Made by a program: the position numbers and the translations under genes | Shown here: piece after piece, positions 37,075 to 50,385 of the stretch | Layout of the letters: every line of letters begins with the position of its first letter | How positions within the stretch are numbered: the first letter of the stretch is position 1 | Assembly: GCF_020745735.1 (NCBI RefSeq) | Contig: NC_083433.1 | Location: forward strand, 11,357,363-11,421,362 | DNA from: Hemiscyllium ocellatum | Lineage: Eukaryota | DNA length: 64,000 bases | Reading direction: 5' to 3' | The notes under the pieces: model-generated | Told to the model about the DNA's origin: nothing | Seen by the model: only the letters and a program-made list of their open reading frames with translations | The model's database searches: none

Positions 37075-40000
37075 CCTAACCCTTGGATATACCCAGCCTT
37101 GTTCACCCCACATCCCTCGCTCTTCATTCTCAATCATATTGTACTCGTTTACAACTATTTGTGCTGTTCTCTACCTTATTGCAAATGCTCTATGCATTCA
37201 GATGCAGTGCCTTTAGACTTGTCTTTTTGACAAATTTACACAATTTTGATGTACTCCTGTTCTATTTGATGTTTGCCTTTGTTTCCTCTGCCTTCTACAT
37301 TTTCCCCCATCTTTTCATCCTTTGTTTGCGTTTTTGGTTCTCTCACTCTTGTCTCTCTGCTCAGGTTCCCATTTCCCTGCCACTCTAGTTTAAACCCTTC
37401 CTCATTGTACTAGCAAACACCCCTGCTATATAGATCCTTGTCCTGCTGGGGTGCAACCTGTCCAGCTGCTACAGATCCCACCTTCCCCAGAGTCAGTTCC
37501 AATGATTCCAGAGTCTAAGTCCCTCCCTCCTGCACCATCCCTCAAGCGACACATTCAGTTAGTCTATTCTGCCATTCCTGATCTTCCTGGGATTGGGAGT
37601 GATCCTGAGATTACCACTGTTGAGGTCCTGCCTTTTAAATACTTTCCTAGCTCCGTATATTCTGCCTCTTGTGAACTTTTTTATTACCTAGGTCATTAAT
37701 ACAGACTTCAGCACCAATTCTGGCTGTTCTGTCTCTCCCTTCACAATGTACTGCAGTCACTCAGTGACATATTAGATTCTGTCACCAAAGAGGTCACCAT
37801 CCTGGTGTCACATCCGTGATGAAAGAACTGTTGAACCTACCCCTTCCAATGGAAACCTCTATTATAATTAATCTCTCACTCTACTCCTGTTTCCACACAT
37901 CTGGTTCACATTGCAATACCCTGAGAAATCATCGCCTCAAGCAGTATCCAAAATAGAAAATCTGAGAGATGGCCCAAGGAGATCTTGCCTGATGCTTTAA
38001 TCTGTCTGGAGTCATCTATTCTCTTTCTGCCTATGCACTCTTTACCTGTGGAATGACCACCTAATGCTATCCTCAAATATTCCAGTGTTGCAAAGATTTA
38101 TCCAATAAGAGTTTGTTATTTCACACAGAGTTGTGTTGTGAGCATTGACCTCTGGTGGTGTAGTGAGGAAATGATCTTGATGTCATTGAATTTAAAGAGA
38201 ATCAGTGTCTAAAATCGACTTTGCACCACATCTTGAGTTCACACAAATTCAGTCCTCAATGAGTCCCAACTCTGGTTGAACGAAAGCCTAAACTTGCGTT
38301 CAGAAAAGTTAATCACCTTACCAATAATTTGTTTATGGTGGAGTTGCTTAATGGATATATATTGACCTGGATAACATTCTTCAAAATAGTGTCCTGGAAT
38401 CTTTTGCATCCCACATTGAAGCGTTTAGATGAAGAAGAGGAGACTTGTCTGGATTATAAACACTGGTGTAGACTGGCTGGGCTGAATGGCCTGATCATGA
38501 ACCGGAGCATCCACCCAAGGAAGTTGTCAGCACCCGTGGTTTCACTCTAAGTCTGAAATAGGGTGAATCTAATGATGTAACACAGTCTGTGTCCATACAT
38601 TGCAAAAACATCCAGGTTTGGGAAGATATGTAATAAGCAACGCTCAGACCACGCAAGTCACAAAAGCGAATCCAACTATTTCTCCTTGACATTCAGTTGT
38701 TAAGTATCTCCCCCCACCATTAACATCCTAGTGGCTATCGTTGACCTGAAGCTGCAATAGACTTTATATTCACATAGTGGCTACAAGTGCAGATCAGAGG
38801 CTAGGAGCTGTATAGACAATAACTCACCTCCTGTCCCCCCAAAGCCTGTCCAACATCTACAGGTTACAAACCAGGAATATGATGGAATGGTTCCCACTTG
38901 CATGGATCAGTGCTGCTCCAATAACACAATACCATCCAAGAGACAGCAGCCCATTTGAGTGGCTCCACCTTTACCAGTTGAAACACGGACACCTTGAATC
39001 ACCATTGCACAGTCCCAGGAGAGCGAACCATCCAATAAATGCATACAGTACCTCATGAAGGCTCCTTAGACAGCACCTTCCAAACCCAGGACCTCTACCA
39101 TCTAGAAGAACAAACGCAGCCCAGGAACCCAACATCCTGACTTGGAGATATATTGCTGTTCATCCAGTGTCACTGGGTCAAAAGCTGGAACTTCCTGTCT
39201 TACAGCAAAAAGGGTCTATTTACAAACATGGACTGCTGTGATTCAACCAACACCTCCTCAAAGGGAAATTAGACATGGACAGTGAATGCCCACATGCCAG
39301 TAACAAGTAATGCAAAACAAAAAAAATTAAATCCAGTGAGCCATTTACACAAAGATGGAATTGAGGAAAGGCTCCTGTCTGGAAGGGGCAGGGAGCCCCC
39401 TCTCCACATTGAGGCCTCAGAGCTGAGGCCTTAATTTCATTTTAGACAAAGGTTGCAAGACAGTGTCTCAAGAAGGAAGCCGGCAATGTTCGGTTGCTGC
39501 TGCTTGTAGGATAGGGAACATCCTGTTGACTTTTTCTTTATTTGTTTGTAAGATGTAGGTTTTGCTGGCTGGACCAGCATTTATTGACCATCCTGGATTG
39601 CTCTGGAGATGGTGGTGGTGAGCTGCCTTCTTGAACCTGCTGCAGACCCTGTGCTGTAATTACATGCACAAACCACACTGTTAGGGAGGGATTCCAGGAA
39701 TATTGACCCAGCCACACTGCAGGAAAGGTGATGTGTTGCCAAGGCAGGATCTTCCTTTTAGTTTATAGGAAGCTCCTCAGGACTGAGAATGACATTCTCC
39801 TACTCCAGAGTTGTGTATCTTGAGGTGAATGCACAGTCCATTTGTAGATGTTAGCTTGATGTTTGGTTTGAGTTCAGACTGGTGTGTGACCTGGAGGGGA
39901 ACTTGTTTATGCTGCAACTCTGCTGGTCCAACAGCTTCCAGAGCAAGTCTAGTCTTCAACTGGATGACAAAGCTGCCATTTTGGAAGCCAATTGGTAGAA

Positions 40001-40216
40001 TGGAAGGAAGTCAGTGTCTGGGGAACATCTCTCACACTGTACAGGCTTGTCAGGAAATCTATGTAGCCCTAAAGTTGAGATCAGAACCCAAAATACAATA
40101 CCCTACCTGAGTTGTTAATATTTGAATTTTACTTTAAGTATGAGAATGGTCAGTTTGGTAAGATCGTCAGTACATCAGTACATTCAGTGTAGACCAATGA
40201 TCATTTTAGCCTAACG

Positions 40217-40231
40217 GTTGCTATGGGTAAC
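40217..40231. promoter_or_regulatory. Candidate RFX X-box
   Basis: GTTGCT-ATG-GGTAAC fits GTNRCN-n0-3-RGYAAC, in non-repeat sequence. Confidence 0.45.
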
Positions 40232-40300
40232 GTCTCCTGTGAGTGATGGTGACTTGAAATTCAAAGGCAGGAGATCATTATCTTCTCACAAGTTCATCTA

Positions 40301-40306
40301 TTTATT
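40301..40306 (-). terminator. Candidate poly(A) signal (AATAAA) of the TP53I11-like gene
   Basis: TTTATT on + strand about 1.45 kb past the stop; an alternative sits at 40631-40636. Confidence 0.4.
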
Positions 40307-40669
40307 GAATTCAACCCAGGTACAGAATAGAAGCTCAGAGAGAAATGGACAGTAGTAACTGTTTGCCACCTGGCTTTGCAACAAGATATGAGAGTGCAGC
40401 AAAATGTCACTTTTTATCAGAATCATCACTTACAAGTTAAACTGAAAACCACATTCTCGCAACAAGTGTGGTTACACCTTGTGTGAAGCTCACTACCCCA
40501 TACACATTTATCCCCATCCCAACCCCCAACCCACACAATCTCTATTCAGCCCCTCTCACAGTGATTCAGAATTCTGTGTGTGGGGAGAAATTTTGAGCTT
40601 TGGCTGACGTTCCAATTCTTAGTAGATTTGTTTATTTTGTATGGAAACATTTACACCAAGTTACAAATT

Positions 40670-41310
40670 CATTAATTCCCCCATTTTACGATTCTACCCA
40701 TTTTCTCCCTCAGTTTTCCTCCCCGCCTCCACCCCAGTTACTCCTTTGCCTTGCTCCTTCAGTACCCCATCTTCCCCCCTCTTGATTGCCATTCTCCCTT
40801 TGTTTTCCACCTCCTTAAGTTGCCCACTCTTCAGTTTTCACCCTCCCTTGGTGACTTTCTACCTTAATTTTCACATTTCCTTGATTAACTCTCTCCCTCA
40901 GTTTCCTTTCTCCCTCCCTTAAATCACCTCTCCTTCAGTTTTCCATAATTTCTCCCTTGGTTAATCCTCTCCTTTAATTTTCCCTCTCCCTCCATCAGTT
41001 ACCTCTCTCCCTCTCCTCAGTTACTCCTTTGTCTTACACCTTCAGTTTCTTCCTTTCCTCTCCTCCTCAGTTTCCCCTCTTTCAGATTTCCTAGCCATTC
41101 CCTTCCACTTCAAATACTCCCCTCTCCTTCTCTTTTGGTTTCCCCCTTGGATACCTCTCTCCCTCAGTTTTCCAATCCTCCTATCTCAGTTACATATCTT
41201 CAGTTTTCCTTCCCCCCCCCCTCGCCTTAGTTAGCCCCTTCCACTGTTTACCTCTCCCCTTCCCCCTATTACTCCTTTCTGTTTGCCCTCTCCTCCCTTA
41301 CCTTCCCTTG
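40670..41310. repeat. Pyrimidine-rich low-complexity tract with recurring (c/t)tcagtt motif
   Basis: About 640 bp strongly C/T-rich on the + strand. Confidence 0.85.
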
Positions 41311-41757
41311 GCACCATCTTACGTCAGCCATTTCTTGGAGCGTCTCATTACCACGCCTGAGGAGGTGCAACCACAAGCCAATGCTCTCAAATACAACCTG
41401 TAACTTCCATCAAGTGAATAGACCAACGTTTACAGGTATCAGCATGACCAGCCATCCCATGGTTGACTATCATACCTCAAGGGTTGCCTCTAACCAGAGT
41501 TGGCAACTCTTATGTAGAGCTACTCCTCTGAGGTTGGGATTTGCCTTCACTTCGTGTCTATACTGAGAGTGTATAGCCATGATTACCCACTGGAAAATAT
41601 CTCATTCTTCACCCTAAAAAGTGGTCACCTTAATGGATGCTGTTGGCTGAAGGTGGCACAGGGTTGGGGGCGAGGGTGGGTCAATATGTCCTCTTGATTC
41701 AAATTGTTTCCATTCACACTGAAAGCTGTGTCTGGGCCCCTCCTGCTGATCGATGGG

Positions 41758-41891
41758 CTAGATCTTCTTGGGTTTCCGTCCAACTTGTAAATAATAGAAA
41801 AGTGACATGATCCCAAATAATGCATAACTCAAGAGCAAGAATCCCACATCCTGAGAAAACAAGCCTTGATCCATGGCTGAAAGCAATGTCA
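41758..41891 (-). CDS. tp53i11: TP53I11-like terminal coding exon
   Basis: ccttacag|TG...TAG, 134 bp; (V)TLLSAMDQGLFSQDVGFLLLSYALFGIMSLFYYLQVGRKPKKI*; the six exons sum to 573 bp (190 aa plus stop) in frame. Confidence 0.93.
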
Positions 41892-42935
41892 CTGTAAGGA
41901 AACAGACAGAATTAACAGTCGAAGGACATCCTCAACTTCACATGGGTCCACATTGGATCCGTCACAAGTTCATACTGGACAAACCACATCTCACAGCGAA
42001 AGGTTTGATAGACCGTAATTTTTACTTTTGCAGGTTGATTACCATGGTAGTTAGCCACTGTCCTGAATGTGCTCTTATGAGGCTGCTAGTGTTCTTTCAC
42101 AAAAAAAAAGCAAGTTTACTGCACAAAAGAAGGAAACAAATAACACTATATACCTGTAAGACAACTTGAAAAGATGTTAACATAATCAGCAAAACGATTC
42201 ACCCTTTTCTACCAGTATCCTTCACAGATATTCAATGAGGTATCACTCTTATTTTAACTCTTTAACTTCTTACTTAACTGACATTTCCCAGTTTTGATAG
42301 ATTACAAACTTCTTTCCAGTTCGGACAGCCTGGATTCCCTCTGTTTCCATGCTGTACAGGATAGTCAGGAGATTTCCCTAAGGTCTAACAACCTGGAGAT
42401 TCTGCAAACTAACAATCTGCTCTTCTGCTGGGATGAAACTGTTCCTTTGAACTGAAGCCTGACTCTTCCTAACTACTATTGGGCCCTGACCATTTGTTTA
42501 CCTTTACATCATAAAAACTCAGCATTGTAAACACTTTTTCAATTGATTCCACTTGTATCTGGTTAGGCACTTAAATGAAGTCACATGCTTGCTTGGAAAT
42601 TATGTCATTAGTTCACTGTTCCAAATAACTTTCTGACCTCTTTAAGAAAAAAGTTATCTTCACAAAGCAAAAACCAAAATCTAAATTTCCTCCTCATTAA
42701 AATCCAAATTCCAAATGATAGTTATATACTTTGCACATTTATAATGAAATTAACTCTCCAACCATAGTTAAGACTGCCCCTGAAAACTCAAAGCATTTCA
42801 ACACTTCCTTTTTTGCTTTAATTCTTTATAAACCTTTAGAAGGCTCAATCTGTAATGCCTTAGATGACAGAAGATTCTGAGTTCCTATGCCATTCCAGAG
42901 ACTTGAACACAAAATCCTGGCTGACAGCTCAGTAC

Positions 42936-43518
42936 AGAAAGTGAGGACTACTCGTCACTGGGGAGACAGGACACCAACTCAGAGCGTTTCAGAGAACATC
43001 TCTGGGGCACACATACCAAACAACCCCACTGCTCTGTGGCTGACCACTTTAACTCCCCCTCCCACTCTGCCAAGGACATGCAAGTCCAGGGCCTCCTCCA
43101 CCACCAAACCCAAGCCACCCGATGCTTGGAGGAAGAATGCCTCATCTTCTGCCTTGGGATCCTTCAACCATACGGCATCAACATCAATTTCACTAGTTTC
43201 CAAATCTCCCCTCCCCCACCTCATCCTAGATCCAATTCAGCACTGCCCTCTTGACCTGACCTACCTTCCTTCCCACCTATCCACTCCACCCTCCCCACCA
43301 ACCTATCACAACCACTTCCCACCTGTATCTACCTACCACCTTCTCAGCTATCATCCCAATGCATCTCTGCTTCCCTATCTATCTCTCAGCCCCCTTCACC
43401 CCCACATTCCTGATGAAGGGCTTATGCCCGAAATGTTGACTCTCTCTATGACTCTATGACTCCTGCTCCTCGGATGCTGCTTGACGGGCTGTGCTTTCCC
43501 AGGGCCACATTTTCCGAT
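42936..43518 (+). mobile_element. PLE fragment with GIY-YIG C-terminus, hammerhead and a 14-nt inverted terminus
   Basis: ORF 43036-43254 (HFNSPSHS...LGILQPYGIN); TSD ctcagtac at 42928-42935 and 43519-43526. Confidence 0.85.
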
Positions 43519-44353
43519 CTCAGTACGGAAGGAGTACTGCACTGTTGAGGTGGCTTCTCTCTTAAAGGGTCATAGCCTGGGGCCTTGTCCTGCAGTTATA
43601 TATCGTCTTTCACATCCTCAGGATGGCCCAAAGCACTTTACAGCCAATGAAATAATTTTGAAGTGTGGTCAGTGTTGTTATTGTAGGAAATACAGTATCC
43701 AACAAGCTTCTGTAAGCACCAATGAGACCGCAATGAATTTTAGCAAAGTTGGTTGAGGATTAAATATTGATCCAGGACACTGGGGAGAATTTCCCTGCTG
43801 TCCTTCAGAATGAGTGCCATGAAATCGTTTTGGCAAGTCAGCTGGGGGCCTATGTTAAATGACCCATCCAAAACACAATATGCCACCTCTGACAGAGCAG
43901 CACTCCATCATTAGTGCATGAGGAATGCCAGCTTGGATTTGTTCTGATCAATAATGACTGGGAATTCGTGATGCTGATCTGTGGCCAATGTGACTTTTCC
44001 CTCCTTCTGAGTGAATTACTCTAGCTAGAATCAATGTGTGAAGAAGAGGTTAGTATTTGAATTCACATGGGTGGCACGGTGGCTCAGTGGTAAGTCCTGC
44101 TGCCTCACAGTGCCAGGGACCTGGGTTTGATTCCAGCCTCAGGCAACTGTGTGAAATTTGCATATTCTCCCTGTGTCTGCGTGGGTTTCCTCCCACAGTC
44201 CAAAGATGTGCAGGTTAGGTGGATTGGCCAAGCTAAATTGCCCATAGTTCTCAAGGATATGTAGGATAGGTTCATTAGTTATGGGAAATGTAGAGTAATA
44301 GGGTAAGGGAATGGGTCTGGGTGGGATACTCTTTGGAGGGTTGGTGTGGACTT

Positions 44354-45110
44354 AGAGTCATAGAGATGTACAGCATGGAAACAGACCCTTCGGTTCAACC
44401 CGTCCATGCCGACCAGTTATTCCAACCCAATCTAGTCCCACCTGCCAGCACCCGGCCCATTTCCCTCCAAACCCTTCCTATTCACATACCCATCCAAATG
44501 CCTCTTAAATGTTGCAATTGTACCAGCCTCCACCACCTCCTCTGGCAGCTCATTCCATACACGTACCACCCTCTGCGTAAAAACGTTGCCCCTTAGGTCT
44601 CTTTTATAACTTTCCCCTCTCACCCTAAACCTATGGCCTCAAGTTCTGGACTCCCTGATCCCAGGGAAAAGACTTTGCCTATTTACCCTATCCATGTCCC
44701 TCATAATTTTGTAAACCTCTATAAGGTCACCCCTCAGCCTCTGATGCTCCAGGGAAAACAGCCCCAGCCTGTTCAGCCTCTCCCTATAGCTCAAATCCTC
44801 CAACCCTGGGAAATCTTTGGAAATCTTTTCTGAACCCTTTCAAGTTTTACAACATCTTTCTGATAGGAAGGAGTCCAGAATTGCACGCAATATTCCAACA
44901 GTGGCCTCACCAATGTCCTGTATAGCCACAACATGATCTCCCAACTCCTGTACTCAATATTCTGACCAGTAAAGGAAAGCATACCAAATGCCTTCTTCAC
45001 TATCCTATCCATCTGCGACTCCACTTTCAAAGAGCTACGAACCTGCACTCCAAGGTCTCTTTGTTCAGCAACACTCCCTAGGACCTTACCATTAAGTGTA
45101 TAAGTCCTGC
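44354..45110 (-). mobile_element. CR1 LINE 3' fragment inserted into a V-SINE tail
   Basis: ORFs 44791-45120 and 44432-44623; the SINE tail resumes at about 45111. Confidence 0.88.
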
Positions 45111-45296
45111 TTGTTTCCACACTATGGGGATTCTACATTATGAAGGTAGCTTTTTTTTAAAGAGGTCAGAAAATTAATTGGACCAGTAAAGTAATGATAT
45201 AATTTCCAAGCAAGCATGTGACTTAAATTAAGAGACTCACAAGATACATGTTGATCCAATTGTGTTAATAAGGGGTTAGTATTTGAATTCACATAC

Positions 45297-45398
45297 CTAG
45301 AAACGCCACAACAAAATAGCAGGTCTCTGAAAGAAGGGTCCATCGAATAATCGCCTTCTCAGATGTGTAAAAGGCATTCCATAGGATCAGAGCAATGC
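45297..45398 (-). CDS. tp53i11: TP53I11-like coding exon 5
   Basis: acaaag|GC...CTAG|gtatgt, 102 bp; (S)[33 protein letters not shown]. Confidence 0.94.
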
Positions 45399-46630
45399 CT
45401 TTGTGCAAATTAAAAAGAAACATCTTAGTTAAATTGTAGAAACACCCCAATATGAAGCACGGAGAATGTACCAATACTGAGTCAACCACAATGTATGTAA
45501 TGTCTCCTTTGATGCTTGCTTTAAGCTAGGAGGTGTTGTGGTGCAGTGGGTAGTGTACCCCACTCTGAGCCAGCAGCTTTGCGTTCAAGTTCCACTCTGG
45601 GACTTGACAGCTGAAGGAAGGTGCATTCATAATGCAGGCAAACAGGCTGAGTATCAACCTGCAAATCTTTCGAACGCATGCCAATAGCAAGCCTGGGAAG
45701 GACTCCTTGTCATTTGCCTATGGATGTAAATTTCAAATGATGCTCAGGAAGTTGGAGCTCTGCCATCCCTATCCATAGCTCCATATTACAACATGCATGT
45801 AAAAGCGTCTGTTAAAGCAGCAGCTGTTTAGCTGGGCCAGTTGGCTGGATGTCCATGTGGGTCAGATTGGTGCCAACAGCATGGAGTTGGATTACCATTC
45901 TGGTTCAAATGGGCACAGGATCCAGCTCCTTACCCTGACTGCTGCAAATGTTGTGGAGCTGTGGGTTGAACATGCCCTGGACAAACACTTCTGAGGAAGG
46001 GTCACTGGGCTCGAAATATTACCTCTGCTTTCTCTCTCCACAGATGCTGCCAGACCTGTTGAGTTTCTCCAGCAATTTCTGTTTTTGTTTCAGATTCCCA
46101 GTATCCGTAATTCTTTGCTTTATTTTGTTTTCTTTAGTTGAGAGTTGGTTTATTTGCAGCATGCAGCATTCCATATCTCTCTCTCCTGCCTACTCACACT
46201 GTCCCCCAGCAATGTCTCTTTATACTCGAATTTAGAAATTCAAATAAACTGAATGGGGTCAAATTAACAGGTTATAGCCCCTTGAAGGGGAGACCATAAC
46301 AAAAGGTAAAGTCCCAAAAGAAGCTTATAAAGTTAAAAGTGATTTTGGGATAATTTATAAACTGCAGATGATGTATAACCCATCAGCTGCTAAAGTGCAG
46401 ATAGGCATTTATTGATTCTTAATTCCAAATTTTTTTGATTGAATTCAAATTCTACCATTTGTAATGGCAGGATTCAAACCCAGATCCCCAGAGCATAATC
46501 TCCAGATTAACAGTCCAGTGATAATACCACTAGACCATTGCCTCCCCTGTTGTATCTACAAAAAAAAGTCATTTCATACTTCATCGACTGACTTGGGATC
46601 CATCACTTTAACATTCAATTTGCAACATAC

Positions 46631-46730
46631 TGAGTAATGCACCACTGTGGAGTCGAAGTGATGCAATGCAGGACAACTTATACTCTCCCTGGAACAGCCA
46701 ATCATGTAGCATTCTTGGAAACACCAAAGC
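46631..46730 (-). CDS. tp53i11: TP53I11-like coding exon 4
   Basis: ctctag|GCT...CTCA|gtatgt, 100 bp; ALVFPRMLHDWLFQGEYKLSCIASLRLHSGALL. Confidence 0.9.
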
Positions 46731-48250
46731 CTAGAGCAGGAAGGAAACAGTGCATTAAATCTCAGGCTGTTCAGAGACAGGAATTGCTTCAAGTTCAGAA
46801 TGTCTCCACGCTTCTCCTTATTAAAATAATAAAAATTTTAATCCCCTTTGCTCACTGTTTTATGTCACTCCATTCCCTAAGGTGCAGTCCTCCACTGACT
46901 GTGTTTTACTGCAGAATATCATTGCCTTTATTGCAAGACATGTAATACTGAAACATATTAGATCCTGAGGAGACTTGACTGGGTGGATGTTGAAGGGATG
47001 TTTCCTGTTGTGGGAGAATCTAGAACTAGGGAGTCAGAGTTAACAATAAGGGAGTTCCCAATTAAGACAGAGACAAGGAAACATTATTTTCTCTCAGAGG
47101 ATTAAGAGTCTTTGGAATTCCTTTCCTCAAGAGGCAATAGATGCAGAATCTCTCAATACTTTTTAAAACGGAGGTAGATAGATTCCTGATTATCAAGGAG
47201 ATAAACAATATTGGGAATATGCAGGGTATGTAAATGTTGAGATTGAAATTAGATCAACAATGATCTTATTGAATGGTGGAGCAGACTCAAAGGGCCAGGT
47301 GTCCTACTCTTGTTTCTAGATCATATTTTACTAAAACTTTGCTGTATTTGTTGGTCATGAGATCTATTTGATATAGTTTATAGAGGCTCTGCTTAAAAAG
47401 ACACTGTTCATTGAGTTTATAAACTGTCTGCTATAGTGCAATGTTTTATTAGAGTCATAGAGGTTTACAGCATGGAAACAAGCCCTTTGGCCCAACTTGT
47501 TCCTGCCGCCCAGTTTTCATAATTAATCTAGTCCCATTTGTCTGTGTTTGGTCCATATCCCTCCATACCTGTCCAAATATTTCTTAAATTACAAAATTGT
47601 ATTTGCTCCACCACCATCTCTGACAGCCTGTTCCAAACACTTATCACCCACTGTGAGAAAGAATTGCCCCCCTGGACCCTTTTGTATCTCTTCCCTCTCA
47701 CCTTAAACCAATGCCCTCCAGTTTTAGATTCCCCTGCCATGAGAAAAAGCTGTTGGACTCTGTTTGTTGACTAAATAGATTTTATTTACTATGAAATACT
47801 TTTGATTGTAACTTCTGTTGTTAGATCCACTCCCTTGAAACATTGGTGTCAATATTCATGACAATATCTAACTCCAGGCACTTGGCTCTCCTGAATCTTG
47901 TTGTCCCTGTGTGTTTTCTAGACACTTGTTCTCAGGACTCTGGTGTTGCTATTTGGGTGCTGTCCTTCAGGGGGCATGACAGCTAAGGAATTCAAATTCA
48001 GTAGATTAAATAAATCTGGATTAAAAGGCCAGTGTGGGGAAATGGTGACTAAAAAACTACCAAATTGGTGTTAAAAACCCATCTGGTTTTCAAATTTCCT
48101 TTCAGGAAGGAACTTTACCATCTTTACCTGGTCTGGCCTTCAGACCCTTGGCTATATAATCGGCAGACAAATCAAAGACCCTTCCCACCCCAGTTATAAC
48201 CTTTTACAAACTCTGCTTTCTGGCAGAAGATACAAAAGCATATACACCGT

Positions 48251-48543
48251 GGGTGGCACGGTGGTTAGCACTGCTGTCTCACAGCACCTGAGACCCGGGT
48301 TCAATTCCCGACTCAGGCGACTGACTGAGTGGAGTTTGCACGTTCTCCCTGTGTCTGCGTGGGTTTCCTCCGAGTGCTCCGGTTTCTTCCCACAGTCCAA
48401 AGATGTGTGGGTCAGGTGAATTGGCCACACTAAATTGCCTGTAGTGTTAGGTAAGAGGTAAGTGTAGGGATATGGGTGGGTTGCGCGTCGGTGTGGACTT
48501 GTTGGGCCAAAAGGCCTGTTTCCACACTGTAAGTAATCTAATC
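48251..48543 (+). mobile_element. HE1-type V-SINE (further copies near 636, 25405, 35307, 44068, 49305, 53064, 55535, 56775, 59626, 60718, 63665)
   Basis: Same consensus head, V-domain and tail. Confidence 0.85.
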
Positions 48544-49724
48544 ATACCAACATCCTTTTCCCTGCTGTTATTAGACTTCTGAGTAGTCAACTTAAATTTT
48601 AAATTTATGATGATCTTGCTCTCTGTGCTTTGTCTGCAACTGTAACATTAGATTCCCTACAGTGTGGAAACAGGCCATTTGGCCCCAACAAGTCTACACT
48701 GACCCTCCGAGGAGCAACTCACCCTGACTAGTGCACCTATCACTACGGGCAATTTAGCATGGCCAATTCACTGAACCAAGCTCTGTTCTATTACCCTAAC
48801 GCACTTTGCATGGTATGAGCTGCTTGTGTTGAATGCAAAACAAAACTTTTCACTGAATCAAGGCACACTGGCAATAATGAATTGAATCAGATCAAATAAC
48901 TCTCAAATGTCTTGTGAATTGGCCTGAGTACCAAGAAGATTGTCAACAAGGTGATGAAGGATGGATATGAATACTGGCCTACCCAGCGATCCCCCATCCC
49001 ATGAATAAGCAGAAGAAAAGCCCTTTATTACACACTCACTCTTATTACCATATATTTGTAACCATCTTGTGATATTAATTGTATTATCTTTGAGGATGTT
49101 ACGGTTATTGCCAATGTTTTTCCTCTGTGTCTTTGACTCCCCTGTTTGTGCTCTGCATGAAGCTCACACAGTTACTAATAAATGTCTTTTTGACTGAGTC
49201 ATGTAGATAATTTGAATTGAGCTATATTAAGCCTCAGATCGAATGCTCTGGATATAACTGTAATGTATCAGTATGTCAGTTCTGAAGAACAATCACTGGA
49301 CTTAGAAGCATAGAATCCCTACAACATGGAAGCAGGTTATTTGGCCCATCGAGTCCAAACTGACCCTCCAAACAGCATCCCATCCAGAACCCCAACCTCC
49401 AACCCTATCCCAGTAACCCGGCATTTCCCGTGACCTCTCTACCAACCTGCATATCTTTGGACTGTGAGAGGAAACCGGAGCACATTGAGGAAATCTGCGC
49501 AGACGTGGGGAGAACGTGCAAACTCCACACAGTCGCCTGAGGGTTATAATCGAACCTGGTCTCTGGTGCTGTGAGGTAGCAGTGCTGACCACTGAGTCAC
49601 CGTGCCACCCTTGAAACATTAGCTTTGTTTCTCTCCGCATAGATGCCACCAGACCTGCTGAGTTTCTTTGCAATTTATGTTTTTGTTAGTTTCTGAATAG
49701 TTATCTGCTATCTGAATTGCCTCA

Positions 49725-50385
49725 CCATCAACATCCTAGGGATTACCATTGACGAGAAACTGAACTGAACTGAAGCAGCCACATAAATACAGTAGCTGCA
49801 AGAGGCTGGAGTTTGGATGCAAGTAACTCCCCTTCCTGACTCCTTCATCCACCAAGGCACAGGTCAGCAGGGTGATGGAATACTCCCCAGCTGCCTGGAT
49901 GGGTGCAACTCCAAAAACACTCAAAAAGCTCAGCATCATCTAGGATGAAACACCTAGTTGCCTGGCAGCCCATCCACCTGCTTCAATATTCACACTCTCC
50001 ACCACTGACACATAGTAGCATCGGTGTGTACCATCTACAAGATACATTGCAATAATGCACCAAGGCTTCTTGGACAGTACCTTCCAACCCATGACCTTTA
50101 CTGTCTGGAAGGTCAAGGGCAGCAGATACATGGGACACCGCCCCTTGGAAGCTCCCCGCTGAGTCACTCCCCATCCTGACTTGGAAATATATTGTCGTTC
50201 CTTCAGTGTTGCTGGGTGAAAATCCTGAACCTCCTCCCTAATGGCGTTGTGGGTCAACCTACAGCACATGGATTGCAATAATTCAAGAAGGCAGCTGTCC
50301 ACACCTTCTCGAGGGGAATTAAGGATGAGCCATAAAAGCCGGTCTTGTCAGCAACACCCACATCCCGTGAATGAGGAATAAACAA
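49725..50385 (+). mobile_element. 3' end of a second LINE family (CR1 group; related pieces near 21310, 22420, 38690, 39540, 63280)
   Basis: INILGITIDEKLN and AQVSRVMEYSPAAWMGA motifs; shared 3' UTR. Confidence 0.65.

Noticed and set aside
17504-41757. ELP4 3' exons expected next to canonical Pax6
   Set aside because: None recognised by eye, and the next gene is TP53I11-like; a TBLASTN would confirm
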